A DNA stretch of 63,991 bases, filler included, from Octopus bimaculoides (Eukaryota): NCBI RefSeq assembly GCF_001194135.2. It is 4 parts of 4 records of this genome, joined end to end, with 100 filler letters (N's around TTAATTAATTAA, not from the genome) between each part and the next. Parts side by side here need not be neighbours in the genome. Positions count along the whole stretch, not along the records: positions 27,299 to 54,877 come from NC_069000.1; positions 54,978 to 62,196 come from NC_068996.1; positions 62,297 to 63,991 come from NW_026360575.1; 1 more part is not named here. One strand, written 5' to 3'. Both the position numbers and the translations under genes were made by a program. The notes under the pieces are model-generated. The model was not told where the DNA came from. It saw only the letters and a list, made by a program, of their open reading frames with translations, and made no database searches. This document shows positions 51,304 through 63,846 of this stretch, one piece after another. How positions within the stretch are numbered: the first letter of the stretch is position 1; the number at the start of each line of letters is the position of its first letter.

Positions 51304-51865
51304 NNNNNNNNNNNNNNNNNNNNNNNNNNNNNNNNNNNNNNNNNNNNNNNNNNNNNNNNNNNNNNNNNNNNNNNNNNNNNNNNNNNNNNNNNNNNNNNNN
51401 NNNNNNNNNNNNNNNNNNNNNNNNNNNNNNNNNNNNNNNNNNNNNNNNNNNNNNNNNNNNNNNNNNNNNNNNNNNNNNNNNNNNNNNNNNNNNNNNNNNN
51501 NNNNNNNNNNNNNNNNNNNNNNNNNNNNNNNNNNNNNNNNNNNNNNNNNNNNNNNNNNNNNNNNNNNNNNNNNNNNNNNNNNNNNNNNNNNNNNNNNNNN
51601 NNNNNNNNNNNNNNNNNNNNNNNNNNNNNNNNNNNNNNNNNNNNNNNNNNNNNNNNNNNNNNNNNNNNNNNNNNNNNNNNNNNNNNNNNNNNNNNNNNNN
51701 NNNNNNNNNNNNNNNNNNNNNNNNNNNNNNNNNNNNNNNNNNNNNNNNNNNNNNNNNNNNNNNNNNNNNNNNNNNNNNNNNNNNNNNNNNNNNNNNNNNN
51801 NNNNNNNNNNNNNNNNNNNNNNNNNNNNNNNNNNNNNNNNNNNNNNNNNNNNNNNNNNNNNNNNN

Positions 51866-51914
<49 letters not shown>

Positions 51915-52468
51915 TGCAGTAATAGCCATAGCAACGCTGCATATTGAACCAGATACTGTTTACCATCTTATCACAGAGCGCACAATGTGGTCCTCAGAAG
52001 ATTGGACAGGAGCATTGCACCGCATACAATTGACCATTGTATGTCAGAATGTATACGTTGGTCTTTTACTAGACATAACTATGGTAACTTATAACAATAG
52101 ACCTGTCGACTGAATCTAGAAGTTCTTCCGACAGCTTACATGCCATATGTCTCCTCTGTAGAAACGACCCCGGGGTCTTCACAACAATAATAACGACGTT
52201 GATAAAGACGACGATAATTTTTCAGTCTCGGGGAAAAATAAAATGTCACGTTGGAAATGGCACAGACTATAGGATGTTTGAATAAATTAAGATTTAGAAT
52301 CTTTGGTTTGATGTCTTGAGTTTTTCCTCCATCCGTCGACTTAACGACATCTGTCTCGCCGGGTCTCGAAGGACCTAAGAAAAGCCGTAGGTACAGCTCC
52401 TTCCTCCACACCAAACCAATACAAACATATATTGCACACACACATACACATACACACGCACACGCACT

Positions 52469-52504
<36 letters not shown>

Positions 52505-52632
52505 AACACACGCACACATACACGCAGAAACTGGCTGATAACAGCGCAAACAAGATCGTGTGTTCAGATTTCCTAACACCACAGTAAAGAAAGAGATAAG
52601 AAAGGTATGCATGATACGATATAGTTTCTAGT

Positions 52633-52727
<95 letters not shown>

Positions 52728-53139
52728 ACGTGAAAGAACTAAATTGAATATCACATTTTTGAATATTTTCACGATAAACATTTTGATATAATTTCGAGAT
52801 AAGAGAAAATCTTATTTTCCAGAAATCTTGTCGAATGGTGGAAACGTATTTCATTATAGTCTTCGTTCTTTTTTATCTCCTGCGTTCAAAACACACCACA
52901 GTTGACTAGTACTACTACTACTACTACCGTTATTAGCATCATATAAAGTACACGTCTGAACAGCTCAAGACTGGATTTCTTTACTCAGCCGGGTCGAATT
53001 GTCTACATTCACTGCAAGAATATCATCCGGCCGGTATTTATATACCAAGTTTGGGATTTATATAAAAAAATTGTTGTGTGTGTATATTATTTCGAACTTA
53101 CGAGGTGCCCCAATTTAAGTACATAATTCAATGTGAATG

Positions 53140-53226
53140 TGTGTGCATAGTACCAGTTGCGTACTGGCGTCGATCTAATCGACTGGCCCCCTCCCCCAAA
53201 ATTTCGGGCCTTGTGTAGAAAAGAAT
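53140..53226 (+). mobile_element. SINE family A, 3' half
   Basis: gtaccagttgcgtactggcgtcgatctaatcgactggccccctcccccaaaatttcgggccttgtg. Confidence 0.9.
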
Positions 53227-53620
53227 ATATGTGTATACATCTGTGTTTGTGTGTATGTGTGAGTCTCAGCCAGAGAAAAAGAGAATAATGCCTATGAGCC
53301 CTTCTAAAACCACCGAGTACGGTGCCGAGTATCGACCGGGCACCAGGTGCCGGGTGCCGGGTGCCAGTAGTCGAGGGTGGTGGGAGGAGGAATAAATGCA
53401 CCACTTGTAGCATACAACCGTGCGGGAACAACATCTCAAGTTATACGCTGATCCTCAAACAAAACAAAGAAGGAACAAAATAATAAAACAAACCCAACCC
53501 TGATTCCGACAACAGGATGGACGTCGGTAAAGATACCCGAGGAATTACGTTAAAGCGGGTGGCGGTTTGTAACCAGAAGAAACAACATCTGTCTACTCCT
53601 GATACCCCGTACTTATATTG

Positions 53621-53835
53621 TTCTTTTCTACTCTAGGCACAAGGCCAGAAACTTGGGAGGAGGGGGGTTAGTCGATTAGATCGATCCCAGTACGTAACTG
53701 GTACTTAATTTATCGACCCCGAAAGGATGAAAGGTAAAGTCGACCTAGGCGGAATTTGAACCCAGAACGTAACGGCAGACGAAATACCGCGAAGCACTTC
53801 GACCGGCGTGCTAAAGTTCCTGCCAGTTCGCCGCC
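53621..53835 (-). mobile_element. SINE family A, young full-length copy
   Basis: Near-identical reverse complement of 63351-63560; possible TSD gt(a/g)cttatatt at 53609 and 53841. Confidence 0.92.
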
Positions 53836-54215
53836 ATCGGGTGCTTATATTATTAAAGACGAAAAAGCTGAAAGATAAAGATAAATTCCTATCTAGATTA
53901 GAACTAAGTAATGGGGAGGCACAGTTATTTTAATACTTTTCCTTACAGTTGATATTTTATTAAAGGTATGATAAAGCCAGCTAGGAAGCTGGGTACATGA
54001 CATACTTTCAAGTCATATTTATGGCGATGTTGTTTTATGACTTATGCAAAGAGAAAGACGGGTAAGAGAAATATGTGCAGGGTTTCAAAGACGAGTGGTA
54101 GGAATAAGGGTGGTTACCGTCAAAGAAGCGGGTGAAGCCTAAATACTTACAACAGGATGTTTTCCACTAGAACGATCCAGAGGTCAGGTGGTGGATTTAA
54201 AAACCAGCGTGGCGC

Positions 54216-54558
54216 CACTTAAAAGGTACAACTTAATTAAAACCCGAGCATACCTGCAATTAAAAGGTACCACCTAATAGAAGGTACACCAACTAATAAA
54301 AGGTACTGTCAATGAAAGAGTACCACCAAGTAGAAAGTACCCCAATTTGAAGGTATCAGCAAATATAAAATATCCCGAATTAAAAGGTACGCCCAATTAA
54401 AGGATGTACCAAATTAAGACGGACCACCTAATAATAAAAGGTACCAGCCAATATAAATGAAGGTGTATCTCTTCCCCATTTGAAAGGTACCACGAGTTAA
54501 AGGGTACCCCGAATTATAAGATACCCCCAATTCAAAAATACCACCAATTAAAAGGCAC
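54216..54558. repeat. Degenerate ~17-bp minisatellite (aattaaaaggtacc(a/c)cc), about 19 units
   Basis: caattaaaaggtaccacc, taataaaaggtactgt, cgaattaaaaggtacgcc, caattaaaaggcacac and others; period varies 15-20. Confidence 0.85.
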
Positions 54559-54877
54559 ACGCATTCTGATGAGTCTCCACGGTTTGTCTAAATTTCCAGC
54601 TTCATGTTTCGGTCATCCTGGGGCCGTGACAAAATGTGTTTGTCCTGGGTATCATACAGCGGCCTTTAACGAAAGGCCACGTACGTAATTGTGGAAAAGG
54701 AATTTTGACCACGTGGTCATATTTTTCGTTTTACATTTTATAACAGTGGCGAAGAGGCATGAACACCACAGAGTCCCAGCTTCAAATCCAACGTCAGTAA
54801 ATAATGTAATGCGTCTAGAATAAATAAATAAATAAATAAATACACGTATTTTAATTTAAGTTTCTCCCCCCCCCCCC

Positions 54878-54977
54878 NNNNNNNNNNNNNNNNNNNNNNN
54901 NNNNNNNNNNNNNNNNNNNNNTTAATTAATTAANNNNNNNNNNNNNNNNNNNNNNNNNNNNNNNNNNNNNNNNNNNN
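54878..54977. other. Synthetic 100-bp scaffold join
   Basis: 44 N + TTAATTAATTAA (54922-54933) + 44 N. Confidence 0.95.
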
Positions 54978-56249
54978 CTCTATGTATGCTATTCCAAGTG
55001 TTTGCTGCTTTGTCTTTGCTTGTGTTGGTTGTCACACAGGTATTTGGTGAATTAGTTGATGTACACTTCTCCAAGAGAGTTCATTTTAATCTGAATCTGA
55101 CCACAGACATCATAATGAAGAAGTGGTCACACAAGCTGTTGGATTTACTGTTGGATTAGGTTTCTCATGTGAGATTAAATTCAGTGACCAACTGGCCATT
55201 GATGCCTTTTAAAGGGTTCATAGGTGGCCTTTTTTCCTCTGGTTAGGCCATTAAAAGCCCCATTGAACACAGTAGTTTGAGACTCATAGAGTTTCATCTG
55301 ATCATGGGATCAATGTTGGTGGGGTTTCATTAAAAATGAGCTTCCATTGATGCATGTCTTCTATTGCAGTTGGTAGAAGTCAATGGCCGTTGAGTATATG
55401 TTGTGGCAGCTCTCCATTGCTTTGTTTCTTGTATTTGGTTCTAGTGATGTCACTAGGTGAATGAATTCATTTTCATTTATCCAAGAGTGTCTACTCAATA
55501 TCAACACTGCCTTTGGAAAGGGCCGAGGTGGGAAGGGGCCTCAGCTAAACCTACATTTTAAAAGGTAGTGTGTAATGTGGATGTAATTTGGTATCATTTA
55601 AAGTGGAGCTGCTGATTTTAGATATCTCTATTTGGTTCCTTAGCTATGTACAATATCTACTGCCCCAATCTACCTATGACCAATATCTATGATCGGCATC
55701 ACCCCGGCCCCACTCTAACTCCCCAGCTCTAGTGCGATCCGTGTCTACATCAGACATGGATACAGTTCTCCTAGAGCAGCACAGAAGAAGTCCAAACCTA
55801 TGAGAACTATAGNNNNNNNNNNNNNNNNNNNNNNNNNNNNNNNNNNNNNNNNNNNNNNNNNNNNNNNNNNNNNNNNNNNNNNNNNNNNNNNNNNNNNNNN
55901 NNNNNNNNNNNNNNNNNNNNNNNNNNNNNNNNNNNNNNNNNNNNNNNNNNNNNNNNNNNNNNNNNNNNNNNNNNNNNNNNNNNNNNNNNNNNNNNNNNNN
56001 NNNNNNNNNNNNNNNNNNNNNNNNNNNNNNNNNNNNNNNNNNNNNNNNTATCTAAAACACGGAATGAAAAAAAAAAGATTGCAAAATAGGCTGACTCAAT
56101 AAACTGACGAAGTTATTAGTAAACTGACTGAAGTACAAAATATTTCACAGACAGACGATTAAATACAAAGATATCGCAAATTCGTAATTAACTAGAGAAC
56201 AATATGAACAACCTTCTCGAAGCGAATTCGAATCAGAAGTGAATTTTCT

Positions 56250-56345
56250 ATCACCTTCGTGTTTTTATAACTTTAGTATTATTACGTCATAATCACTTCG
56301 TGGATTTCCGCTAACTTTTGTATTATTACGTCATAATTACTTCGT
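56250..56345. repeat. ~44-bp tandem repeat, just over two copies
   Basis: gtattattacgtcataat(c/t)acttcgt at 56276-56301 and 56320-56345. Confidence 0.85.
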
Positions 56346-56369
56346 CAAAATTCTAGGGAGTTTTAGTTA

Positions 56370-56525
56370 CTGACCGCTATGTTCTGAGTTCAATCCCCGC
56401 TGAGTTCCACTTTGTTTTCGTCTTTTTGTAGATGGATAGTATAGGGATTGCTTATGTGAAGGGGCGATTTAATCGCCTAAACCCCTTCCCTAAGTTTGAG
56501 ACTTTTTACGTGTTGATATTGGAAA
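56370..56525 (+). mobile_element. SINE family A, old copy
   Basis: gttctgagttcaatccccgctgagttccactttg...gatttaatcg...aaacccttccc. Confidence 0.65.
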
Positions 56526-57225
56526 ACAGTAAAATTGTTATAACATAAATTTTAGCATAATTTGCTGTTGAAGAGAATTTAATACCAAAACACTTTTTTT
56601 TATAAATTTACAATGAAGTTCTTATTGACAATGCGATTTTATTAAACGATTATAATATTATATTTCGAAGAAAAACATTAAATATATTATCAATTATAAG
56701 ATATACTCGATCTTATACGGATTTTCTGTTGAACTAACGGTTTTCCCCAAAAGTGTTCCACTTTTAGCAATTCCAAGCTTTTAGTTGTGCCCTTTGGCAC
56801 CATGAGATAAAGATAATATGGGATACCAAAGTAAAACTATAGAAAGACGGCGGGGTTTCCGATTTCCTTCATTATCAGATATGGTTTTCCAAGTCCCAAA
56901 CACTACCCTTTGAAATTGCATGTGTTAAATATTATAAAATGTAATGACAATTATGAATGAAGTTAATTAGAAAAACTTGTAATTTCTTACCTGTCGTTTC
57001 ATTTCATCATACAACCAACATTTTACCTCGAGTACCTAACATTCATTTCAGTTTTCCTTTAATATAATTCAACATTCATTCAAACAAAACTGAAAACAGT
57101 TAATTGCATCCTTTCAGATATTTACTTTTTCTTTTAAATGAGAAATGACTTATGCATAACAAAACTCGCTTAAACGAATCTAGAGATGAAAGACAATAAT
57201 CTATATGATGATAATGATAATAATA

Positions 57226-58232
57226 ATTTTTTCTAATATCAGCAGAAGGCTTGAAATTTGGGGAAGAAGGTTCATCGATTAAATCAATTTACTCAGTTGA
57301 TACTTAGGGACCCCGAAAGGATGAGAGGTAAAATTAACCTTAGCGTGATTTGTTCTGAAAACGTTATGATACGGAAGAAATGCCATTAAGCATTTTGTGT
57401 GTGATATCCTTCTGTTTAAGGAACTATATTTAGGTTGGTCTTTTAATAGGAGCCTAAATATTGTCTGTGTATGTATTTACTTCGTAATTTGTTCCGAAGG
57501 AACTGAGGTTTCTCATTGTTTTGCGTTTTTCTTTTAATTTAGGTTGTTTTGTTTTCCAGGATGGAATTTTAGCTTTGTTACTTGATTTTTCAGTAGAATA
57601 CCTAGTTCGATAATGTATTATTTCATTGTTTTATGATCGAATTTAGCTGCGGTTCAACATAACTATTTTACATAAACTGCTGTCACAAATTTCCGTGTGT
57701 GACTGTCTAAGAATTGAATTAGTAAAAGTTGAGCTTTTTGAATGGAAAATAAAATAGAAATAGAAATAAAATGAAAGGTCTTTTCTGTTTGGCTGTTCGC
57801 ACCCTAAAAAAAAAAATGAAAAAGAAACTACAGAGAATCCCCACTTCTTGGGCAACGAACAGTGAAATCATTGAGTTCAAATCCTGCTGAGGTCGACTTT
57901 GCCCTTTACCTTTTCAGGCGCGATAAAATAAATACCACCTGAGAACTAGTTTCGACGTAATCGACTAGCCCTTTCCCAACCAAATTGCTGGCCTTGTGGC
58001 TATAGTCGAAAGGATTATTAGAGCAGTAAGCTAAACAATCACTCTGGAAAAAGTGTTTAGCAGCATTTCTTCCAGTTTTATATTATGAATTCAAATGCTG
58101 CCGAGATTGACTTTACCTTTTATCCTTTCAGGGTCGATGAAATTAGTACCAGTTGAATACTGGGGTTGATGTAATCAACTAGTCCCTTTCCCATCCTAAA
58201 TTTCAGGTCTTGTGTTTATGATAGAAAGAATT
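57226..58232. mobile_element. Three family A SINE copies (57226-57395 minus; 57871-58015 and 58030-58232 plus)
   Basis: gaccccgaaaggatga (minus); gagttcaaatcctgctgaggtcgactttgcc; cctttcagggtcgatgaaattagtaccagttgaatactggggttgatgtaatc. Confidence 0.8.
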
Positions 58233-59224
58233 ATTATTATTCTCTTTTCAGTGTTTAAAATTCATTTTAAAGGATCTTTATAACAGTGTTTGACACTGTT
58301 CATCGTATAAAGATGCAACGTTATTTTTCCAAACTCAAAAAAGATTAATTTAACCATCTACCTACAGTTTAGAGAAGCATTAATCTTATTCATTCGTTTC
58401 TTCCTTCAGTATGGACTTTTGTAATGAGTAGCTTATAAATACTTCCTCTTTATTTTACTTTAGAACTTTGTAACTAAACTTTATATTAATTTATTTTTAT
58501 TTTTATTTCTTTATATTGTTTAAGACTGAATCAGATAATAAATAAGTATTGAAAATTTATTCCAGAAAAATAGCTATAAACAGCTGTTTCTTATAACTAA
58601 CTCTCCTAGGGCACAATCTTATATTATTTAACAATTTAAAATTATGAATTTTCTAAATAATTTCAAATTGTATACCAGATCCATTAGTAAAACAGCCTTC
58701 CCATATATATTTAGTCAATCGTTGATTGGATCAGTTGATGTAATATTTACATTTATATTTATTCCTTATATCTTTACTTTTCTATATTGATGCTAGAAAT
58801 ATACTGTTAAATATTAGTACAGCTTTTCCTTTTTGTTTCTGGAATTCTATTTTCACTCTATTTTCTCTTCTATATAGAATTATAACAGAAAAGATTTGGG
58901 CAGTGGTTAGCATCCAACCTTTTAAATGAACTGTCTAGTTTTTCCAATACTATTCTTAGTTTTCTGGATACAATAGTCAGCGATATTTTCTCTCATTATG
59001 TATATGTTTAAATGATAATAGAAAAAGCCGCATATAAATTAGTTTGTGGCATGTAAGTCTCACTAAATGATAGCAGTTATTAATCTCTTTTTGAGGACTC
59101 TTCTACTCTTTCCAAAAGACTCTCTGTAAAGACATCATTGTAGAAAGGTGAGTACAATGCTAATGAATAAATATTCTTGTTCATTTTTGTCTTGCAAGTT
59201 ACTTGGCAACCTTTCTTTTACTGG

Positions 59225-59405
59225 TGGCAAGAAAAAAAAAGCATCCAGTGCATGCTGTAAAATAACTGGTGTTAGGTAGGTCATCCACATGCCAAATCTG
59301 ACATGGAGCATGCTGCAGCCTTGTGGCTCACTGGAACTTGTCAAACCATCCAGTCTATACCAGTATGGAAAATGGAAGCTAAATGATAATAGTGAAGGTG
59401 GTGAT
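59225..59405 (+). mobile_element. Interspersed repeat family E with (GAT)n-like tail, RTE-type 3' end suspected
   Basis: catgccaaatctgacatggagcatgctgcagcctt...tcaaaccatcca...cagtatggaaaatgga...gatgat; family assignment from recognition only. Confidence 0.5.
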
Positions 59406-60809
59406 GATATATGGATGCATATCTATATAAGCACATATAGAGCCTGTTAACTCTATCTATTATATAAAAGACAAGAATCCAACCCCTTAGACAACACTGC
59501 CTCCCACCTACTTAACACACATAACGTCCATCTGTGGTTGAGTAAGTGGTAGTATTTTATTGCTGAGTATGCATCTGATATTCAGATGGCCACCATGATA
59601 TGTTACTGTCTGCCTGTGGTTCAAGAAATTCTAGATGTAACTTCACAAGGGATTGAAATTAAATATATAAAATAGTAGAGTGCAAGAAAATGGTTAATAA
59701 ATCATATTTTATAGTAATAAAATGCTTACACAACGTTGGTGACACTTTAAATGTTTAAAACTATTAAACTGTCAACAAGTGAAGAAACAGCAAAGACAAA
59801 ACAAGCAAAATAGCCATATGTCAGAAAAGAACTAATTTCAGCCATACACATTTGCTTGCACACACACATACACACACACACACACATACACACACACACA
59901 CACATACACACACACACACACACACACGCACACAAACACAAAGACATTGGGTCATCCCATAAATAATGCAATTTTTTTTATACTTCTTTTATTTTAAAAA
60001 ATTAAGATAAAGTTCTTTTTTAATCTAAAATACACTCTCCTTCANNNNNNNNNNNNNNNNNNNNNNNNNNNNNNNNNNNNNNNNNNNNNNNNNNNNNNNN
60101 NNNNNNNNNNNNNNNNNNNNNNNNNNNNNNNNNNNNNNNNNNNNNNNNNNNNNNNNNNNNNNNNNNNNNNNNNNNNNNNNNNNNNNNNNNNNNNNNNNNN
60201 NNNNNNNNNNNNNNNNNNNNNNNNNNNNNNNNNNNNNNNNNNNNNNNNNNNNNNNNNNNNNNNNNNNNNNNNNNNNNNNNNNNNNNNNNNNNNNNNNNNN
60301 NNNNNNNNNNNNNNNNNNNNNNNNNNNNNNNNNNNNNNNNNNNNNNNNNNNNNNNNNNNNNNNNNNNNNNNNNNNNNNNNNNNNNNNNNNNNNNNNNNNN
60401 NNNNNNNNNNNNNNNNNNNNNNNNNNNNNNACCCTAACCCCAACTCTAGAATCCGAACTCTAAAATTGTTACACACATAGATACGCACAGCGTAATTTAT
60501 TATATAAACCATATATGCGTATAAATTACGATTAAACTGGATGAAATATGTCACAGGGAATAACATTTTTATGACCGCCCAGCAGTAACTCTATTCAGCT
60601 GAATAGACGTCAGTGATTGGTTGAAATTACAGAAATACGACAACCTTAACATGGAATAACTTGCAATGTACGTTTTTTTGTTAAGAAGACTAAGAGTAAA
60701 AGATGTTTTATATGACACATTCTACCAGTGTCCCAAGTTTCAAAGTGTTTCGTTAGTGTTTCGTTATGAAAATACTGGTGCCCCCGTTTTGAAATAGATC
60801 CAAATCGTC

Positions 60810-61640
60810 TTCCAGTACTGTTCTGACCTCATCTACACAATTCATATTTTTCCATCCAAATGATTTTGAAGACTGAAATAAATGATAATCAGATGGGGTA
60901 ATGTCCGGCGAATATGGTGGTTGGAGCATCATTTCCCATTCAAACTACTCCAGCCTTTGGAATGTCATTCTCGTTGTATGTGATCAAGCATTATCCTGAT
61001 AGGAGATCATCTTTTGTCTTGAAACCAAAGATGGTCATTTTTCTTCTAGCACCTATTTAAGCCACTCTCACCACCAGTCACTATTCAGTCCAAAAATAGG
61101 TTCATTTGTGAAACATGACAGCAAAGAGCACACATTCACTCTCTGCACGTGATTAGACTTGGAAAGTTTGTGAGGAACCCATTGACCCAATTTGCTGACT
61201 TTTCTGATGGCACACAAGTGTTCATGAATGGGTGAATGACCAAATCCAAGTTTCCCTGCTAGTTCCTCAACAGTTATGATGGGATTTTGTTCCATTAGAG
61301 TTTGCAGGACGTCCTCGTCAAACTCTACATATCTTCCACAATGAGGTTTGTCTTCTAGGCTGCTGTATCTGGCTTAGAATTTCTGGAACCATTGTTGACA
61401 CTGGTTTATGCTTATTATCCAATCCCCATATACTGCATTAATATTCTGTGCACTTTCCGTTGCGTTGTTGTCTTTATTGAACAATATGTGGAATATGCTC
61501 CTTTGTCACTTCCATTATAGCTTTGAAATAATAACCGTTAAAATCGAACTGCACCCTTCAAAACTTGCACGAAGAACAAGGACAAAATAAAATTGCTACC
61601 TGCTGTTATAGCAAGCTGACGCAGGTAGTTTATCCCCTCT
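60810..61640 (-). mobile_element. Internally deleted mariner transposase remnant
   Basis: ATG 61515 MEVTKEHI...AVYGD...QWFQKF...LEDKPHCGRYVEFDED...LGQWVPHKL...; then DNA...QPPYSPDITPSDYHLFQS; the segment after the first catalytic D is deleted. Confidence 0.92.
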
Positions 61641-61974
61641 CCCTCCAACTTTTAGTTCATGTAATAGAAAAAAAACTGCATTATTTATGTGATGACCTAA
61701 TACATAGCTATATAGATATTTAGAGAGAGAAAGAGTGAGAGAGATAAATAGTAAAGATAGATAGAGATAGACAGACAGCTAGACAGTCAGGCAGATAGAC
61801 AGATAAATAGATAGATAGGCAGGCAGGTGGGCAGGCAGACAGACAGATAGATATAGTGACAGTGAGACAGACAAGCAGAAAGAAAAGCAGACAGACAGTT
61901 GCATAGATAGAGAGGGAAACAGAGAGATAGTCAAACAGACAGACAGATAGATAGATAAATAGATAGATAGATAA

Positions 61975-62196
61975 CTTTCTTTTATTAGCCACACAGAGGG
62001 GACAAATACAACTGTAGAGCTTTTCTTTAAAAATAAAAAATAAAAGGTAAAATAAAAATTAAAAAATTCGATCAAAAGGGATCGGTAGGGGCAAAAAAAA
62101 AAAAGAAAAAAGGGTATCGTATATCACAGAAAATGTCAATAGTGTAAAATGGGTTAACATTAGGTTTATCCATGGAGAGAAAAGCCTACGGAAAAG
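61975..62196 (-). mobile_element. Probable LINE 3' UTR end sharing its tail with SINE family A'
   Basis: Minus strand ends gtatttgtcccctctgtgtggctaataaaagaaa, matching the A' tail; the upstream pyrimidine-rich body is unlike the SINE; cut off by the join. Confidence 0.5.
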
Positions 62197-62296
62197 NNNN
62201 NNNNNNNNNNNNNNNNNNNNNNNNNNNNNNNNNNNNNNNNTTAATTAATTAANNNNNNNNNNNNNNNNNNNNNNNNNNNNNNNNNNNNNNNNNNNN
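62197..62296. other. Synthetic 100-bp scaffold join
   Basis: 44 N + TTAATTAATTAA (62241-62252) + 44 N. Confidence 0.95.
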
Positions 62297-62334
<38 letters not shown>

Positions 62335-62336
<2 letters not shown>

Positions 62337-62530
62337 GCCCCTCACTAATGTTTGACAACCGGGGTTGATATGCTTACGTCCTCGCAACTTATTGGCTCGG
62401 CAAACACAGTAGAATTAGCAGCAGGCTTTAAAAATTAAGTAATGTGGTCAATTCGTTGAATTAAGAATTCTTTGTGGTGGTGCTCCAGCATAGCCGTAGT
62501 CAAATGACTGAAGCAAGTCAAAGGTAAAAG
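62335..62530 (+). mobile_element. Family C repeat
   Basis: ttgacaaccggggttg...ttacgtcctcgcaactta...ggtggtgctccagcatagccgtagtcaaatgactgaagcaagt. Confidence 0.85.
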
Positions 62531-63175
62531 ATACTGGAACTTATAGTGTTATTACAGAAGGCTTATTTAAAAACCGATTATACTATCATATGAGATTTTT
62601 CAAACATTGTTAGGAAAAACAAAAAACAAAAACAAAAAAAAAACACCACACCCCACTCAAAATACATCTGGAAGGTGAAAGAAAGATATGGTGCATTTTA
62701 CGAAGTTCATTCGGGCGGAAGATATAATAGTCCGTTTGGTTTGACTCGATCACCTTTGTCTTTGGGTGGTTTTGATAAAGACGGTTAGGACGTTAGGCCT
62801 TATCTTCGAACCAGTTTAACGTCAGTACTGTGGTACTTGGGTGGATTTAGCGAAATGCAGAAGAGTGGCAGAATCAGTCTTGTATTCTGTTTAAATTCAC
62901 TGTATTGGTGTTTGGGAAGATTTGGTGAAGTCTGTTCTGAAGATATTTCGTAACTGAAGATAACCCAAGTCATGCAGAGCCATCGTCTCCTTTCTGTTAT
63001 TGCTTGCACTAGTTTGAGGGGCCGGGCAAATTAGTGCTTGATTGTTAAGCTCAACTGTAGCTCAGATAGTAACTTCATCCTTTGCAATAAAAGAGTCACT
63101 TGCACAACTGTATCACTTCCTGTATGATGGCTCTCACACCACGACCCTCTCTCTCTCTCTCTCTCTCTCTCCCCC

Positions 63176-63209
<34 letters not shown>

Positions 63210-63350
63210 AATACATACAAGCACACACACGACACTTTCTTCCTCCTCTCTCTCTCTCACACACACATATACACATACTCATACACAGAATCTCACATAC
63301 AAAGATACATATATATTCACCTCGCTAATGTAAATATACATAAAACATAG

Positions 63351-63560
63351 GGCGGTGAGCTGGCAGAATCGTTAGAACGCCGGGCGAAATGCTTAGCGGT
63401 ATTTCGTCTGCCGTTACGTTCTGAGTTCAAATTCCACCAAGGTCGACTTTGCCTTTCATCCTTTCGGGGTCGATAAATTAAGTACCAGTTGTGTACTGGG
63501 TCGATCTAATCGACTGGCCCCCTCCCCCAAAATTTCGGCTTTGTGCCTAGAGTAGAAAAA
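63351..63560 (+). mobile_element. SINE family A, young full-length copy with 18-bp TSD
   Basis: ggcggtgagctggcagaatcgttag...cctagagtagaaaa; TSD aatatacataaaa(c/a)atag at 63333-63350 and 63561-63578. Confidence 0.95.
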
Positions 63561-63578
63561 AATATACATAAAAAATAG

Positions 63579-63798
63579 GCCAGCGAGCTGGCAGAAACGT
63601 TAGCATGCCGGCTAGGTATTTCGTCTGCCGATACGTTCTGAGTTCAAATTCCGCCGAGGTCGACGTTGCCTGTCAGCCTTTCGGGGTCGATTAAATAAGT
63701 ACCAGTTACGTACTGCGGTCGATGTAATCGATATAATCCCTTTGTCTGTCCTTGTTTGTCCCCTCTATGTTTCGCCCCTTGTGGGCAATAAAGAAAGA
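63579..63798 (+). mobile_element. SINE family A' (long tail)
   Basis: gcgagctggcagaaacgttagc...gtttgtcccctctatgtttcgccccttgtgggcaataaagaaag; followed by aatatacatcaaaca. Confidence 0.92.
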
Positions 63799-63846
63799 AA
63801 TATACATCAAACACTTTGACTTCTACAGACACACACACCGCACACA

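Noticed and set aside
54563-54625. Hammerhead at CTGATGAGTC
   Set aside because: No stem II partner followed by GAAA on that strand.
55000-55560. LINE ORF2 fragment
   Set aside because: Many stops in all frames and no motif I can identify.
58250-59100. Penelope/LINE reverse transcriptase fragment
   Set aside because: Only a vague compositional impression; I could not read a diagnostic motif.
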